From Pseudoalteromonas translucida KMM 520 (GTDB lineage: Bacteria; Pseudomonadota; Gammaproteobacteria; Enterobacterales; Alteromonadaceae), in the NCBI RefSeq assembly GCF_001465295.1, contig NZ_CP011034.1, forward strand, positions 2,940,001 to 2,972,000: a stretch of 32,000 nt of DNA. Direction: 5' to 3'. Both the position numbers and the translations under genes were made by a program. Shown in pieces: positions 17,632 through 28,087 of this stretch. A model generated the notes under the pieces. That model was not told where the DNA came from and did not search any database. It saw only the letters and a program-made list of their open reading frames with translations. Numbering within the stretch: position 1 is the first letter of the stretch; every line of letters starts with the position of its first letter.

Positions 17632-18531
17632 TTAGCGAGCAACAACTTGATTACGACCCCCCTCTTTTGCTGCATATAAACCTAAATCAGCTTCTTCTAA
17701 AAGTGCCTGCTCAGTTTCAATACTTTCGTTTTCAGTACTTGCTACACCAATACTAATAGTTACATGCTCAGCATTAAGCGATGCTTTATGCGCTATATTT
17801 AATGCATTAACAGCATTACGTAGTTTATTTGCAAAGCCTGTCGCTTCAGCTTTATCTACACCGGGTAACACGGCTGCAAACTCTTCTCCGCCATAGCGTG
17901 CAATAAAGTCACTGCCACGCTCACATTGTGCAGCAAGTGCTTGAGCCACCGCTTTTAAGCAATCATCGCCTGCTCGGTGTCCATAAGTATCGTTGTAACG
18001 CTTAAAGTGATCTATATCCATAAGTAGCACTGAAAGTGGTGTGTTGTTGCGTTTATTTTTACGCCATTCACGAGATAGGTTTTCGTCTAGGTTACGCCTA
18101 TTGGGTATTTCGGTTAGGCCATCAATCGAAGCTAACATTTCAAGCAAATCATTTTTTTGCTTAATAAGTAGTTGATTACGTACTCTTACACGCACAATTG
18201 ATGAGCAAAATGGCTTAGTTATATAATCCATTGCGCCTAGCTCTAAACCTTTAGACTCGTCATCATGGCTGCTATTTGCCGATATAAAAATAACCGGGAT
18301 CATTTGCGTTGCTGAATCTTCTTTTAATTTAACCAGTACTTCGTAGCCATTCATTCCTGGCATAACAATATCGAGTATAATTAAATCAACTTGTGTTGTT
18401 TTTATAAAAGTAAGCGCTTCGTCACCACTTTTAACTAAAAACACCTCATGCTCATCGCTAAGTGTTTTTTCGAGTACAATTCGATTAAGAGCATCATCAT
18501 CAACAATTAATACTTTAGCTTTTTTTGACAT
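17632..18531 (-). CDS. Response regulator with GGDEF output (REC-diguanylate cyclase, PleD/WspR-like)
   Basis: 299 aa. Receiver motifs (LIVDDD, DLIILDIVMPGMNG, ITKP). Active-site GGEEF with an RGSD I-site 5 residues upstream. The start overlaps the upstream kinase gene by 17 nt. Confidence 0.9.
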   Translation of the reverse strand: MSKKAKVLIVDDDALNRIVLEKTLSDEHEVFLVKSGDEALTFIKTTQVDLIILDIVMPGMNGYEVLVKLKEDSATQMIPVIFISANSSHDDESKGLELGAMDYITKPFCSSIVRVRVRNQLLIKQKNDLLEMLASIDGLTEIPNRRNLDENLSREWRKNKRNNTPLSVLLMDIDHFKRYNDTYGHRAGDDCLKAVAQALAAQCERGSDFIARYGGEEFAAVLPGVDKAEATGFANKLRNAVNALNIAHKASLNAEHVTISIGVASTENESIETEQALLEEADLGLYAAKEGGRNQVVAR

Positions 18532-21500
18532 CCATTGCCCCTAAAACGTTTATAAAAACAACCACCTGTTCTAACTGCATAATAAGCTCTTTCGTTGTTA
18601 TTTCAACAGCTTTATCGGTTGTTTTAAGATCTTTTTCTGTTTGCAGTGCGCATTGCGACAGCCGACTAAAGCCTAAATTACCCGCTACGCCTTTAATACT
18701 ATGCGCTATACGAGTTAAGTCATCTTTATTATTACTTATTTTGAGCTGCGCTAATTGAGTTTTGCACACACTAGCAAATTTACCAATCATAGTGTTAAGC
18801 AGTGTTTCGTTTAAACTAAACTGAGTTAAAGCAAACGAGTGCTCAAAAAAGCTCGGCTTATAAGGTGCTAAATCGGTTATTGCATCTATAAGCACTTCTG
18901 CAACCACAGGTTTAGTTAAATGCTTATTCATGCCACACGCTAAAGATCGTTCAATATCAGCAGGCTCACAATGAGCGGTTAGTGCAAAAATAGGTAATTG
19001 GTCTGCACTATATTGCTGCCTAATTAAAGTTGTTGCTTGGCAACCATCTAAGTGGGGCATTTGCACATCCATTAAAATTAAGTCTGGCATTAAATCCGGT
19101 AATAATGCCATACCATCAATGGCACTGGTGGCTGTAACCACATTAACTTTTGCTTGGCGTAACACGCTGCTAATTATTTCTAAATTTAATTGATTATCGT
19201 CAATCGCTAATACTAACAGACCCGACACACTTGGGTTTAATTTCGTAGTACTCGTTATTTTTAGTTCAGACTCTAAACTTAAATTAAACAATCGCTGTGC
19301 AAGCGCTGATGTTTTAATATGCTGTACAGTTAAGCCCATGCTGCTCGGAAAATTTAACCTTGCTTGATGATTTACAACAATAAGCGTGATTGCTTTTGCA
19401 AATAAAATATCCTTAATTACAGCTACCGCTAATAACGCAGGTAAATCTGCGGCGTCTATTATTAATTGTTTGTTGTTTAAATGCTCCCGAGGAGATGTTA
19501 ATACTTGCTCTAAATTAGTATGAGTAAGCGTAGGAAATGCATTTATAACCTTAGTTAATTCGTGACTGTACGCCGATAAAATAACTAATGTATTATTAGG
19601 TAGTTGCTTACAAGCAGGTACAACAACATCTAATAAAACACTAAAGTGAAACTCACACCCTTGGCCTTTTTCACTATTTAGCGCTATTTCGCCACCCATT
19701 AACAATACCGCCGACTTTACAATGGCCAACCCTAAGCCCACGCCATGATGAGTTCGCGTTGATGATTCATCCCCTTGGGTAAAGGCGTCGAATAAGCGCC
19801 TTTGATCGGCTTTATCTATGCCAACGCCGGTATCTATTACCTTAAAGCAAATATGTTGTTGCTCTGGGGAATCGCTTGGTAATAAATCCATTTTAAGGAT
19901 AATACTACCGGTTTTAGTAAATTTAACGGCATTAGTTAGCAAGTTACCTAACACTTGCTGTAAGCGAATGCCGTCGCATGTAAGGTTGGGGGCAATTAGG
20001 GGATCAATATCAATAATCAATTCAATCCCTTTATTTTCACATAAAGGGGCCGTTAAACTTTCACAAATATCAACCAACTCAACCACGCTAAATGGCGCGA
20101 GTTCTAACTGCGCTGCCACACTTTCTACCCGTGCAAAATCAAGCATTCTATTAAGCATTAACAATAAGCTGTGTGCTGCGTGCTTAGCTTGCGCGGTTTG
20201 TTCTAATTGTTTTGGCGTAAGTCCTTGCTCAATAAGCATATCAAGTAAACCAAATACCGCATTTAGCGGTGTGCGGATCTCATGACTTAAATTAGCAATA
20301 AACCGACTTTTTGCTAACGTGGCGCGCTCTGCATCATGTTTTGCTTTGGTTAATATACTTATATCTTGAATATGAATAACATAATACAACGGCTCGGCAT
20401 TTTCATTCCACACTAACGACACGCTCAGCTGTAACCAATCTGCCAGTTCGCCGTGCGCTAAAGTTAAATGGTATACCCGTTTTTTATTATTCAGTAATTG
20501 CGCTAACGTAGCTTTAATTTCTTGCCATTGGGGGTTACTAAATGCCCTATTCAAAGGTGCTCCCGCCAATAACGCTTGCTCAGAAGATAGCTCTCTAGCC
20601 GCTTTATTAGCTTGTAAAATAGTATGATCAAGTGAAAGCAACACCACTCCATTAGCCGCAAACTCTATCGCACTTCTAAATTTAGTTTCTGATTCTTTTA
20701 ATGCGTGTAGGGTTTGCTGTTGCTCGGTTATGTCGCGGCCAATTCCCATAACGCCTAACAGTTGTTGCTGTTCATTATAAAATGGCGCTATGGTTAATAA
20801 GTAAGAGCGTTCTGCGCTATCAATACGTTGTTGAATTTGCGTTCGATTGTGCAGTACTTGTTGTTCTAGCTTACTCATTTTTTTACTATCGCGGCTCTCA
20901 TTTTCTATTAATTTACCAACTAGCGCTGCTTGCTTTTTACCAATAAATGTTTCAAATGCTTTATTACAACCTAAAAATAAACCATCAATACTTTTAAAAT
21001 AAATAAAGTCAGGAACGTTATTTAGCACTGTATTAAGCAAAGCTAAATGACGCTCTTTGGCTTCGTAGCTGCTCGTTAGTTTTTCAGACTGTAGCTGCAA
21101 TTTTTTATCTAAATCTTTATTAACGTTCTGTAGGGATTCGACCAGCTGAGTATTTTTAGCAAAAATAGCTTTTACTTTTAAAAACCATGGCTGCCAATTT
21201 AAAGGAATTTTATAGTTTAACTGCTCACCAGTTATAGTGTCGTTGTGCTCTAAATAACGCATTAAAAAGGTCATCGGCTTGATAAAAATGCGCTGGCTCA
21301 ACCAAAAAAACACGCTAAACATAATGCTTAAAAACACGGTCAAAAATATAAATTCTATCGCTGTTTCGTAAATAATGGGCGCAGATAACTGCTCTATTGG
21401 CTCATGGTAGGCAGCATGTATGGGGTAGTTACCAATTGGCTGCATTAAAAACTGATTGCCTTTAACTACCTTAGTACTAGTGCGCTCTACTAATACTGCC

Positions 21501-22312
21501 GGCCAATACTGATTTAATTTAACGGCTTTGTTTATCAACTTTTGTGAGCTGGCAATAACCTCATGATACTGATTCATAAATATATATTCGCCTTGCTGCG
21601 GCGATACTTTTTTTAGCCAATTAGAAATAGCTTGTAAGTCATAAATAAGGACTATGTAATCTAGGGAGTTAATATCTTGTTGTCGGCCAACGGCAAAGTA
21701 GGCTTTATTACCAACTTTAATAATTTGGCTAGAGCTGAGTTGCTCGGTTAAAAATGGTGGTTTAAATTTGCCTTTTAAAACATCAGTTAAAAAGGCACTT
21801 TGGCTACGATCTCGCCTGGCAACGTAAGCAAAACCTTGCTCATCAACATAAGCGACAGCACTTAATGACTGCATTAGCGCTAACGTGGTGTTAAATGAAG
21901 GGGCTAACATGACAACTTTTTGCCAGCGTAATAAGGCACTTTGCGATTGAGAAAATTCACCCGCACCTACAATTTCGCCATTTAAATTACTTAAATAACG
22001 ATAGTAATAGCCATCATACTGGTTAACGTGCAATGGCATTGTGCTATCTGCTAAATGCGGCTTAGATTGGTGATACAAGTTAAACATAGCGGTAAATAAA
22101 TTATTTACCCCAGCCATAGTATGTTCAATTTGCGCCGATACATTAGCAAAATCGCCATGGCGCTTTTCTATCGCACGCTCAACCTTAATATTGTAAAGGT
22201 GCAAACATAATAATAAAGCCACAAACAAAGGCACGGCCAAAGCCACAACTAAAGAGCGGTAATAATCTTTTAAGGGTAAAAACGTCAACTGCTTGCCTGT
22301 TTTATGGCTCAA
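18515..22312 (-). CDS. Tripartite hybrid sensor histidine kinase (periplasmic sensor, 2 TM, PAS x2, HisKA, HATPase, REC, Hpt)
   Basis: 1265 aa. H-box SHEIRTPLN, G-boxes (DTGVGI, GVGLGLAIV), receiver DLILMDVQMPHLDG and C-terminal Hpt HSIKGVAGNLG. The start is uncertain: TTG at 22312 has no clear SD, and the first in-frame ATG lies after TM1. Confidence 0.88.
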   Translation of the reverse strand: MSHKTGKQLTFLPLKDYYRSLVVALAVPLFVALLLCLHLYNIKVERAIEKRHGDFANVSAQIEHTMAGVNNLFTAMFNLYHQSKPHLADSTMPLHVNQYDGYYYRYLSNLNGEIVGAGEFSQSQSALLRWQKVVMLAPSFNTTLALMQSLSAVAYVDEQGFAYVARRDRSQSAFLTDVLKGKFKPPFLTEQLSSSQIIKVGNKAYFAVGRQQDINSLDYIVLIYDLQAISNWLKKVSPQQGEYIFMNQYHEVIASSQKLINKAVKLNQYWPAVLVERTSTKVVKGNQFLMQPIGNYPIHAAYHEPIEQLSAPIIYETAIEFIFLTVFLSIMFSVFFWLSQRIFIKPMTFLMRYLEHNDTITGEQLNYKIPLNWQPWFLKVKAIFAKNTQLVESLQNVNKDLDKKLQLQSEKLTSSYEAKERHLALLNTVLNNVPDFIYFKSIDGLFLGCNKAFETFIGKKQAALVGKLIENESRDSKKMSKLEQQVLHNRTQIQQRIDSAERSYLLTIAPFYNEQQQLLGVMGIGRDITEQQQTLHALKESETKFRSAIEFAANGVVLLSLDHTILQANKAARELSSEQALLAGAPLNRAFSNPQWQEIKATLAQLLNNKKRVYHLTLAHGELADWLQLSVSLVWNENAEPLYYVIHIQDISILTKAKHDAERATLAKSRFIANLSHEIRTPLNAVFGLLDMLIEQGLTPKQLEQTAQAKHAAHSLLLMLNRMLDFARVESVAAQLELAPFSVVELVDICESLTAPLCENKGIELIIDIDPLIAPNLTCDGIRLQQVLGNLLTNAVKFTKTGSIILKMDLLPSDSPEQQHICFKVIDTGVGIDKADQRRLFDAFTQGDESSTRTHHGVGLGLAIVKSAVLLMGGEIALNSEKGQGCEFHFSVLLDVVVPACKQLPNNTLVILSAYSHELTKVINAFPTLTHTNLEQVLTSPREHLNNKQLIIDAADLPALLAVAVIKDILFAKAITLIVVNHQARLNFPSSMGLTVQHIKTSALAQRLFNLSLESELKITSTTKLNPSVSGLLVLAIDDNQLNLEIISSVLRQAKVNVVTATSAIDGMALLPDLMPDLILMDVQMPHLDGCQATTLIRQQYSADQLPIFALTAHCEPADIERSLACGMNKHLTKPVVAEVLIDAITDLAPYKPSFFEHSFALTQFSLNETLLNTMIGKFASVCKTQLAQLKISNNKDDLTRIAHSIKGVAGNLGFSRLSQCALQTEKDLKTTDKAVEITTKELIMQLEQVVVFINVLGAMDVKKS

Positions 22313-22354
22313 TAATCAGCTAATAGACTAGCGAGCCATAATGTTAAGCGCAAG

Positions 22355-23752
22355 TTATAAGTTTTCTTCAGCGAATGAAGCTAGGCGACTACGTACCACA
22401 CCATTGAGGTTTATTGTTGCGCTACCTTCAAAGTTTTTAAAGCGCTCCACAATATAAGTTAAGCCCGAAGTAACCGGTGTTAAGTAGTTACTGTCTATTT
22501 GTGCCAAGTTACCGGTACAAATTAGCTTAGTCCCTTCGCCGCAACGGGTAATAATGGTTTTTAATTGTGCCGCCGTTAAATTTTGGCTTTCATCTAAAAT
22601 AACTACTGCATTTTGAATACTGCGACCACGCATAAAATTTACCGACTTAAACTGAATATTGGCTTTTTCCATAATATAATTACGGCTTGAAATTGGATTT
22701 TCGTCACCTTTATGTAATACCTCTAGGGTGTCGGTAATGGCCGCTAGCCATGGCGCCATTTTTTCTTCCTCCGTGCCAGGTAAAAAGCCAATTGACTCGG
22801 CTATTTCTGGCGTATTACGCGTTACTATTACTTTGTCGTAAATGCCTTTTTCGATCACCATTTCTAGTGCACTAGCAAGCGCCAATAAAGTTTTACCACA
22901 CCCCGCAGGGCCGGTTAAAATAACCAGTTCTATGCTGGTATCTAATAAAGCATCGAGTGCCATACCTTGGTAAATATTTTTTGGTTTAATACCCCATGCA
23001 CCTTGATTCATTAATCGCTCATAGCCTATATCTTTTAAGGTTATATGTTCCTCATCGTACGATTTAACTCGCGCCGCAAACTGATCCCCCTCATCAATTA
23101 AATACTCATTATAAAATACATCAGGGATTAAGTTTTTAGCCACATGATGCAAGGTCTCACGACCATATTGCTCAGTATTACATTGGCCAACATGCTGCCA
23201 AAAGTCTCCGGCTATTTTTTTGTAACCGCTGGTTAATAAGCTAATATCATCAATAAGCTGATCGGTTCGGTAATCCTCTACATACTTAAGCCCTGCACCT
23301 TTGGCTTTTAAACGCATGTTTATATCTTTAGTGACTAATATAACTTTGCTATTTGTGTACTGCTTTTGTAAATGCACTGCACAGTTAATAATGCGATGAT
23401 CGTTTTCATTGCCTGGCAGGCCAGAAATGGAGTCGGCAAATAAATGATCGTTTACAATAATTAAGGTGCCGCTTGATGCTGCTTTCGCTTTTTTATTGCT
23501 AGGAAGGGCTACACCTTGGAGCATTTGATCAGGTGTGGCATTTTTTAATATTTCATCTAAACCACGAATAGCCACGCGAGCATCGCGGCTTACATCGTGT
23601 TTTCTGTCTTTAATATGATCAAGCTCCTCTAACACTGTCATCGGAATAACTACATGGTGCTCTTGAAACGATAAATACGCGAGGGGTTCGTGAAGCAATA
23701 CATTGGTATCTAGCACATACATTTTACTTTTAAGGTTCGAAGCATTTTCCAT
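22355..23752 (-). CDS. PIN-domain plus PhoH-like ATPase (YlaK-type)
   Basis: 465 aa. N-terminal PIN (YVLDTNVLLHEP...EELD). C-terminal PhoH ATPase with Walker A GPAGCGKT and Walker B VVILDESQN. Confidence 0.85.
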   Translation of the reverse strand: MENASNLKSKMYVLDTNVLLHEPLAYLSFQEHHVVIPMTVLEELDHIKDRKHDVSRDARVAIRGLDEILKNATPDQMLQGVALPSNKKAKAASSGTLIIVNDHLFADSISGLPGNENDHRIINCAVHLQKQYTNSKVILVTKDINMRLKAKGAGLKYVEDYRTDQLIDDISLLTSGYKKIAGDFWQHVGQCNTEQYGRETLHHVAKNLIPDVFYNEYLIDEGDQFAARVKSYDEEHITLKDIGYERLMNQGAWGIKPKNIYQGMALDALLDTSIELVILTGPAGCGKTLLALASALEMVIEKGIYDKVIVTRNTPEIAESIGFLPGTEEEKMAPWLAAITDTLEVLHKGDENPISSRNYIMEKANIQFKSVNFMRGRSIQNAVVILDESQNLTAAQLKTIITRCGEGTKLICTGNLAQIDSNYLTPVTSGLTYIVERFKNFEGSATINLNGVVRSRLASFAEENL

Positions 23753-24174
23753 AGCACTTTCCTTACTTTTTATGATGAGTATGCTATACCAAACTAACTA
23801 AGTGCTTTTGGGTAATAATGGCTCGTTAGTTACTTAGGTATAATTTTAGTTTAGTCTATTTGTCATAAAAGTCCGTTTTATTACAAACTCGATTTTGTTT
23901 TAATTAAACCTTAAAACCAAAGCAATCGACTGACTAAAATAGTAGGTTTTGCTAAGGAAATATTTTTAATGCTGCTAACACTCAAAGTAATAGCTGCAGA
24001 GCTATTTATTATCTTACTGTGTACTTATTTACCCAAAAAAGATCCAGATGTTAGCCGTTTTGTTAGGAATAATTCACACTTACCGAATTAATTAAAAGTG
24101 AGGCTAATAGCGCCTTGCAGTGGTGTTGTCTAACAGGTAACATAGCCGCCTTTTTCTTCATAGACGAGACATAT

Positions 24175-27069
24175 ATGAATTTTTCCTTAGGTCAGCGTTG
24201 GATCAGTGATACAGAGTCAGATTTAGGATTAGGTACAGTTGTTGCCATTGAGGGCCGTCAGGTCAGCATATTATTTCCTGCTAGTGGCGAAAGCCGCGTT
24301 TATTCTTGGGCAGAAGCACCCGTAACCCGTGTGTCATTTAATCCTGGCGATGTGATCAAAAGCGTTGAAGAGTGGGAATTAGAAGTTGAGTCTATTGAAG
24401 TGCAAGGCGAGCTACTTTGTTATCACGGTACTCGTGTTGATAATGGTGAAGCAGCCAAACTAAAAGAAACCTTTCTAGATCATTTTATTAAGTTTAACAA
24501 ACCTCAAGATCGTTTATTTGCCGGCCAAGTAGATCGTTTTGATCGTTACACGCTGCGCTACCAAACATGGTTACATAAATTTGAACGTGAACAGTCGCCT
24601 ATAAAAGGCTTAATTGGTCAGCGTGCTAATCTTATTCCGCATCAGCTTTATATAGCCCAAGAAGTGGGTAAACGTTTTGCACCACGCGTACTTTTATCAG
24701 ATGAAGTAGGCCTTGGTAAAACGATTGAAGCGGGAATGATTTTACATCAGCAAATTATTAGTGGCCGTGCCAGCCGTGTCCTTATTGTAGTACCCGAAAA
24801 CCTGCAGCACCAATGGTTAGTAGAAATGCTGCGCCGCTTTAATTTACGCTTCTCTATTTTTGATGAAGATCGTTGCGACGAAGCGTTTGCCGACTCACCA
24901 AATGTATTTGATACCGAGCAACTGGTACTTACCAGCCTAGAGTTTTTAACCAAGAAAAAACGTTGGTTCGAACAAGCAACTTTAGCTGACTGGGATTTAC
25001 TAGTAATAGATGAAGCACATCACTTAAGTATTAATAATGGCAAGCCAAGCTCAGAGTACCAACGTATGGCCGAGCTTAGCCAAGATATTCCGGGCCTTAT
25101 TTTACTTACTGCCACGCCAGATCAACTTGGTCATAGCAGCCACTTTGCTCGCCTACAGTTACTCGATCCAGACAGATTTTACGACTACGACGTGTTTAAA
25201 GAAGAAGAAGCAAATTACAAAGACGTTGCCGAAGCTGCTAATCAATTACTCCAAGAGCAAGGACTAGACGATAGTGCTAAAGCGACTTTAATTGAGCTGT
25301 TAAAAGAAACCGACATTACCGATATTCTGGCAAAAGCACAGCAAGGTGATTTACCCGCGCGTAAAGAAATACTTAACATGTTACTGGATCGCCACGGCAC
25401 CGGGCGCATCTTATTTAGAAATAGCCGCAGCGGTATTGACGGCTACCCTAGCCGTATATTACACGCCTACCCTATGCCATTGCCAAAGCAATATAAAACA
25501 GCAATGACAGTGCTGGGCAATATGAGCGGCATTCAAAATCCCGAACTTAGTGCACAGCGCGCACTATTCCCAGAAAAAATATTTCAAGAGTTTGAAGGTG
25601 AGAGCGCCAGTTGGGGAGCATTTGATCCTCGCGTAGATTGGCTAATCGACACCCTTAAAACTCTTAAACGCGAAAAAGTTCTGCTTATATGTGCTAAAGC
25701 CGAAACAGCTATCAGCCTTGAGCAAATACTACGTGAACGCGAAGCAATTAAAGCCTCGGTTTTTCACGAAGGTATGTCGATTATTGAGCGTGACCGCGCC
25801 GCTGCATTTTTTGCAGACGAGTACGACAACGCGCAAATACTACTGTGTTCTGAAATAGGCTCTGAAGGGCGTAACTTTCAGTTCTCACATCATTTAGTGT
25901 TATTTGATTTACCACTAAACCCAGATTTACTAGAGCAACGTATTGGCCGACTAGACCGCATTGGACAAACTCAAAATGTGAACATTCACGTGCCATATTT
26001 TGAAAACACCGCCCAAGAAGTATTACTACGTTGGTACAACGAAGGCCTAGACGCATTCGAATCTACCTCGTCAACGGGGCAAATGTTGTATAAAGAATTT
26101 CGTGATGACCTACTTGATTACATTGCAGCGCATAACTGCGACGAAGACGAGTTAGATCCATTACTTGAGCAAGTAGCACAAAAAAATGCGGTACTGCGCA
26201 AACAAATGGAAAGCGGACGCGACCGTTTACTTGAGCTGCATTCATCGGGCCAAGGCGCAGCCGACTCTTTGGTAGCTGATATTGAAAAACTAGACAATCA
26301 GTTTGAACTGCCTAGTTACATGATCAACGTATTTGACACTTTTGGTGTAAGCCAAGAAGATAAAGGCGAAAATACCATTATCTTAAAGCCAACCGAGCAT
26401 ATGTTAAACGCCTCGTTCCCGGCATTAAGAGAAGATGGCATGACAGTTACATTTGACCGCGATACCGCGCTTTCGCAAGAAGACGTGCACTTTATTAGTT
26501 GGGATCACCCTATGGTGCAAGGCACCCTAGATATGATTTGTGACGACGATTTTGGTAGCGCATCGGTTGCTTTGCTTAAAAACAAAAAACTACCACCGGG
26601 TACCTTTTTTGTTGAGCTTATTTTTGTAGCCGAAGCTATGGCGCCAAAAGTATTGCAGGTTGGTCGCTTTTTACCACCTACACCAATTCGTATTTTACTT
26701 GATAAAGCAGGTAATAACTTAGGTGAAAACGTGGCGTTTGACGGCTTTAATCAGCAGCTTTCTGCCGTTGGTCGCCAAACAGCCAGTAAACTCGCCGGCG
26801 CATTGCAAAGTGCTATTCACCCGATGATCAGCACCGCAAAAGACATGGCACAAGAAAAACTTGAAGTTATTCGTACTGCGTCACTGGCTAAAATGCAAAC
26901 ATCACTAAGTGAAGAGCAGCAGCGATTAGTTGCCCTTAAGCAAATTAACCCTAATATTCGCCAAGAAGAAATTACCTTTTACGATAAGCAACGCACAGAT
27001 TTAACTACCTACATTGAAAAAACCCAGTTAAAACTCGATGCGATTCGTTTAATTGTGGTTTCGCACTAA
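24175..27069 (+). CDS. rapA: RNA polymerase-associated SWI2/SNF2 ATPase RapA (HepA)
   Basis: The N-terminus MNFSLGQRWISDTESDLGLGTV closely resembles the E. coli RapA start as I recall it. Helicase motifs DEVGLGKTIEAG and DEAHHL are present. The track ORF begins at 24115 (non-ATG), but the in-frame ATG at 24175 matches the family N-terminus. Confidence 0.93.
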   Translation: MNFSLGQRWISDTESDLGLGTVVAIEGRQVSILFPASGESRVYSWAEAPVTRVSFNPGDVIKSVEEWELEVESIEVQGELLCYHGTRVDNGEAAKLKETFLDHFIKFNKPQDRLFAGQVDRFDRYTLRYQTWLHKFEREQSPIKGLIGQRANLIPHQLYIAQEVGKRFAPRVLLSDEVGLGKTIEAGMILHQQIISGRASRVLIVVPENLQHQWLVEMLRRFNLRFSIFDEDRCDEAFADSPNVFDTEQLVLTSLEFLTKKKRWFEQATLADWDLLVIDEAHHLSINNGKPSSEYQRMAELSQDIPGLILLTATPDQLGHSSHFARLQLLDPDRFYDYDVFKEEEANYKDVAEAANQLLQEQGLDDSAKATLIELLKETDITDILAKAQQGDLPARKEILNMLLDRHGTGRILFRNSRSGIDGYPSRILHAYPMPLPKQYKTAMTVLGNMSGIQNPELSAQRALFPEKIFQEFEGESASWGAFDPRVDWLIDTLKTLKREKVLLICAKAETAISLEQILREREAIKASVFHEGMSIIERDRAAAFFADEYDNAQILLCSEIGSEGRNFQFSHHLVLFDLPLNPDLLEQRIGRLDRIGQTQNVNIHVPYFENTAQEVLLRWYNEGLDAFESTSSTGQMLYKEFRDDLLDYIAAHNCDEDELDPLLEQVAQKNAVLRKQMESGRDRLLELHSSGQGAADSLVADIEKLDNQFELPSYMINVFDTFGVSQEDKGENTIILKPTEHMLNASFPALREDGMTVTFDRDTALSQEDVHFISWDHPMVQGTLDMICDDDFGSASVALLKNKKLPPGTFFVELIFVAEAMAPKVLQVGRFLPPTPIRILLDKAGNNLGENVAFDGFNQQLSAVGRQTASKLAGALQSAIHPMISTAKDMAQEKLEVIRTASLAKMQTSLSEEQQRLVALKQINPNIRQEEITFYDKQRTDLTTYIEKTQLKLDAIRLIVVSH

Positions 27070-27125
27070 CGCTTTGGCGATAAGCTGACAGCCGTTAGTA
27101 AAAAATTGCTAATGTGCGAATGAAG

Positions 27126-27159
27126 AAAGCGCGGTATTTAAATTGTACCGCGCTTTTTT
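27126..27159. terminator. Strong hairpin terminator shared tail-to-tail by rapA and the FRG gene
   Basis: aaagcgcggta-(9-nt loop)-taccgcgcttt, an 11-bp perfect stem. It is followed by tttttt on the plus strand and tttcttc on the minus strand. The FRG stop is at 27170-27172. Confidence 0.8.
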
Positions 27160-27169
27160 CCTGTATAAA

Positions 27170-28087
27170 TTACCTCACAAACCTAATTTTAACTGGGGAG
27201 TATTTTTCCATACTAGAAGTAAACTCTTGATTTCTTAAAGCATAATCATTTTTAATAAATTGAGAAACCATATCTATCTCGGGAAAGAGTTTTGCTTTCG
27301 AAATCCCTACTCCTGCCAATTGTTTCAAAATACTTAACTTATCAGAAGCTTTAATAATATACCTTTTAGATTTCGGTCTAAATATCCATTCCTGAGGAAT
27401 TTCAGCCGGAGTGTACTTGTTCTTACCAATACCAAATAATAAAAAAGCTCCATCTTGACTGGCTAACCTAGGGTTATCCATTTTTGGTTTAACACAAACA
27501 ACACTTTGAAGATGCTCTGGATTAATTCTTTCCAAAAAATGGGGCTTCTCTTTTTTTATATCATGCATTAGCTTTAAGGCATGATGATTTTTGGGGTTGT
27601 GAAAGTTTTTATCACTCCCTCTAAATTGGGGGGTAATTTCAAAATCAGATGGAGACCAAGCAAGATTCGATATAACGCTTACTGTATCGCTATCAAAATA
27701 CTTAACTTTCTGATCAGGAATTTTAAAAAATATTATTTCTCCATCTTTATCTTCATCGTCTTGTCCAATACACGCAAAATATAAAGCTACTAAAGGATTC
27801 TCCGAAAGGTCAAGTAACCGAGTAGGTAAGTCATAGTGTTGCATTTTCACCAGTTTTTCAAAGCTACTATTCATCGAACTAAACTCATTTGGGCACCTCA
27901 TAATGATTTCTTGGATCATTTTATGCTCATTTGAATACCACAGCTTTTTTCTATAAATAGATGGTAGAGAAAAAAACGTCTTATTAGCGTGTCCTCTGAA
28001 AAAAAACGAAAACCCTTCCTCTTCCAACTCAGGTGTAATACCGAGTAAAGTCCTCAAACTCCCTAGTTGTGTTTCTTTAATATCCAT
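27170..28087 (-). CDS. FRG-domain protein of unknown function, compositionally foreign
   Basis: 305 aa. Motifs FFFRGHAN, MQHYDLPTRLLDLSENPLVALYFA, NPRLASQDGAFLLFG and C-terminal KLFPEID match the FRG-domain pattern. Twelve of 13 Arg codons are AGA/AGG (read codon by codon). It is visibly more AT-rich than its neighbours. Confidence 0.8.
   Translation of the reverse strand: MDIKETQLGSLRTLLGITPELEEEGFSFFFRGHANKTFFSLPSIYRKKLWYSNEHKMIQEIIMRCPNEFSSMNSSFEKLVKMQHYDLPTRLLDLSENPLVALYFACIGQDDEDKDGEIIFFKIPDQKVKYFDSDTVSVISNLAWSPSDFEITPQFRGSDKNFHNPKNHHALKLMHDIKKEKPHFLERINPEHLQSVVCVKPKMDNPRLASQDGAFLLFGIGKNKYTPAEIPQEWIFRPKSKRYIIKASDKLSILKQLAGVGISKAKLFPEIDMVSQFIKNDYALRNQEFTSSMEKYSPVKIRFVR

Noticed and set aside
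19818-20285. 155-aa plus-strand ORF, and similar nested ORFs at 212-430, 1082-1297, 5146-5466, 7263-7553, 10223-10516, 12746-13048, 16959-17249, 25781-26056 and 27581-27784.
   Set aside because: All lie antisense or out of frame inside long genes that have clear domain motifs. Their translations are low-complexity (S/L/C/I-rich) with no SD or motif. They are typical shadow ORFs.
24115-24174. ORF-track N-terminal extension of rapA (MQWCCLTGNIAAFFFIDETY...).
   Set aside because: It starts at a non-ATG codon. The in-frame ATG at 24175 gives an N-terminus (MNFSLGQRWISDTES...) that matches the RapA family start.
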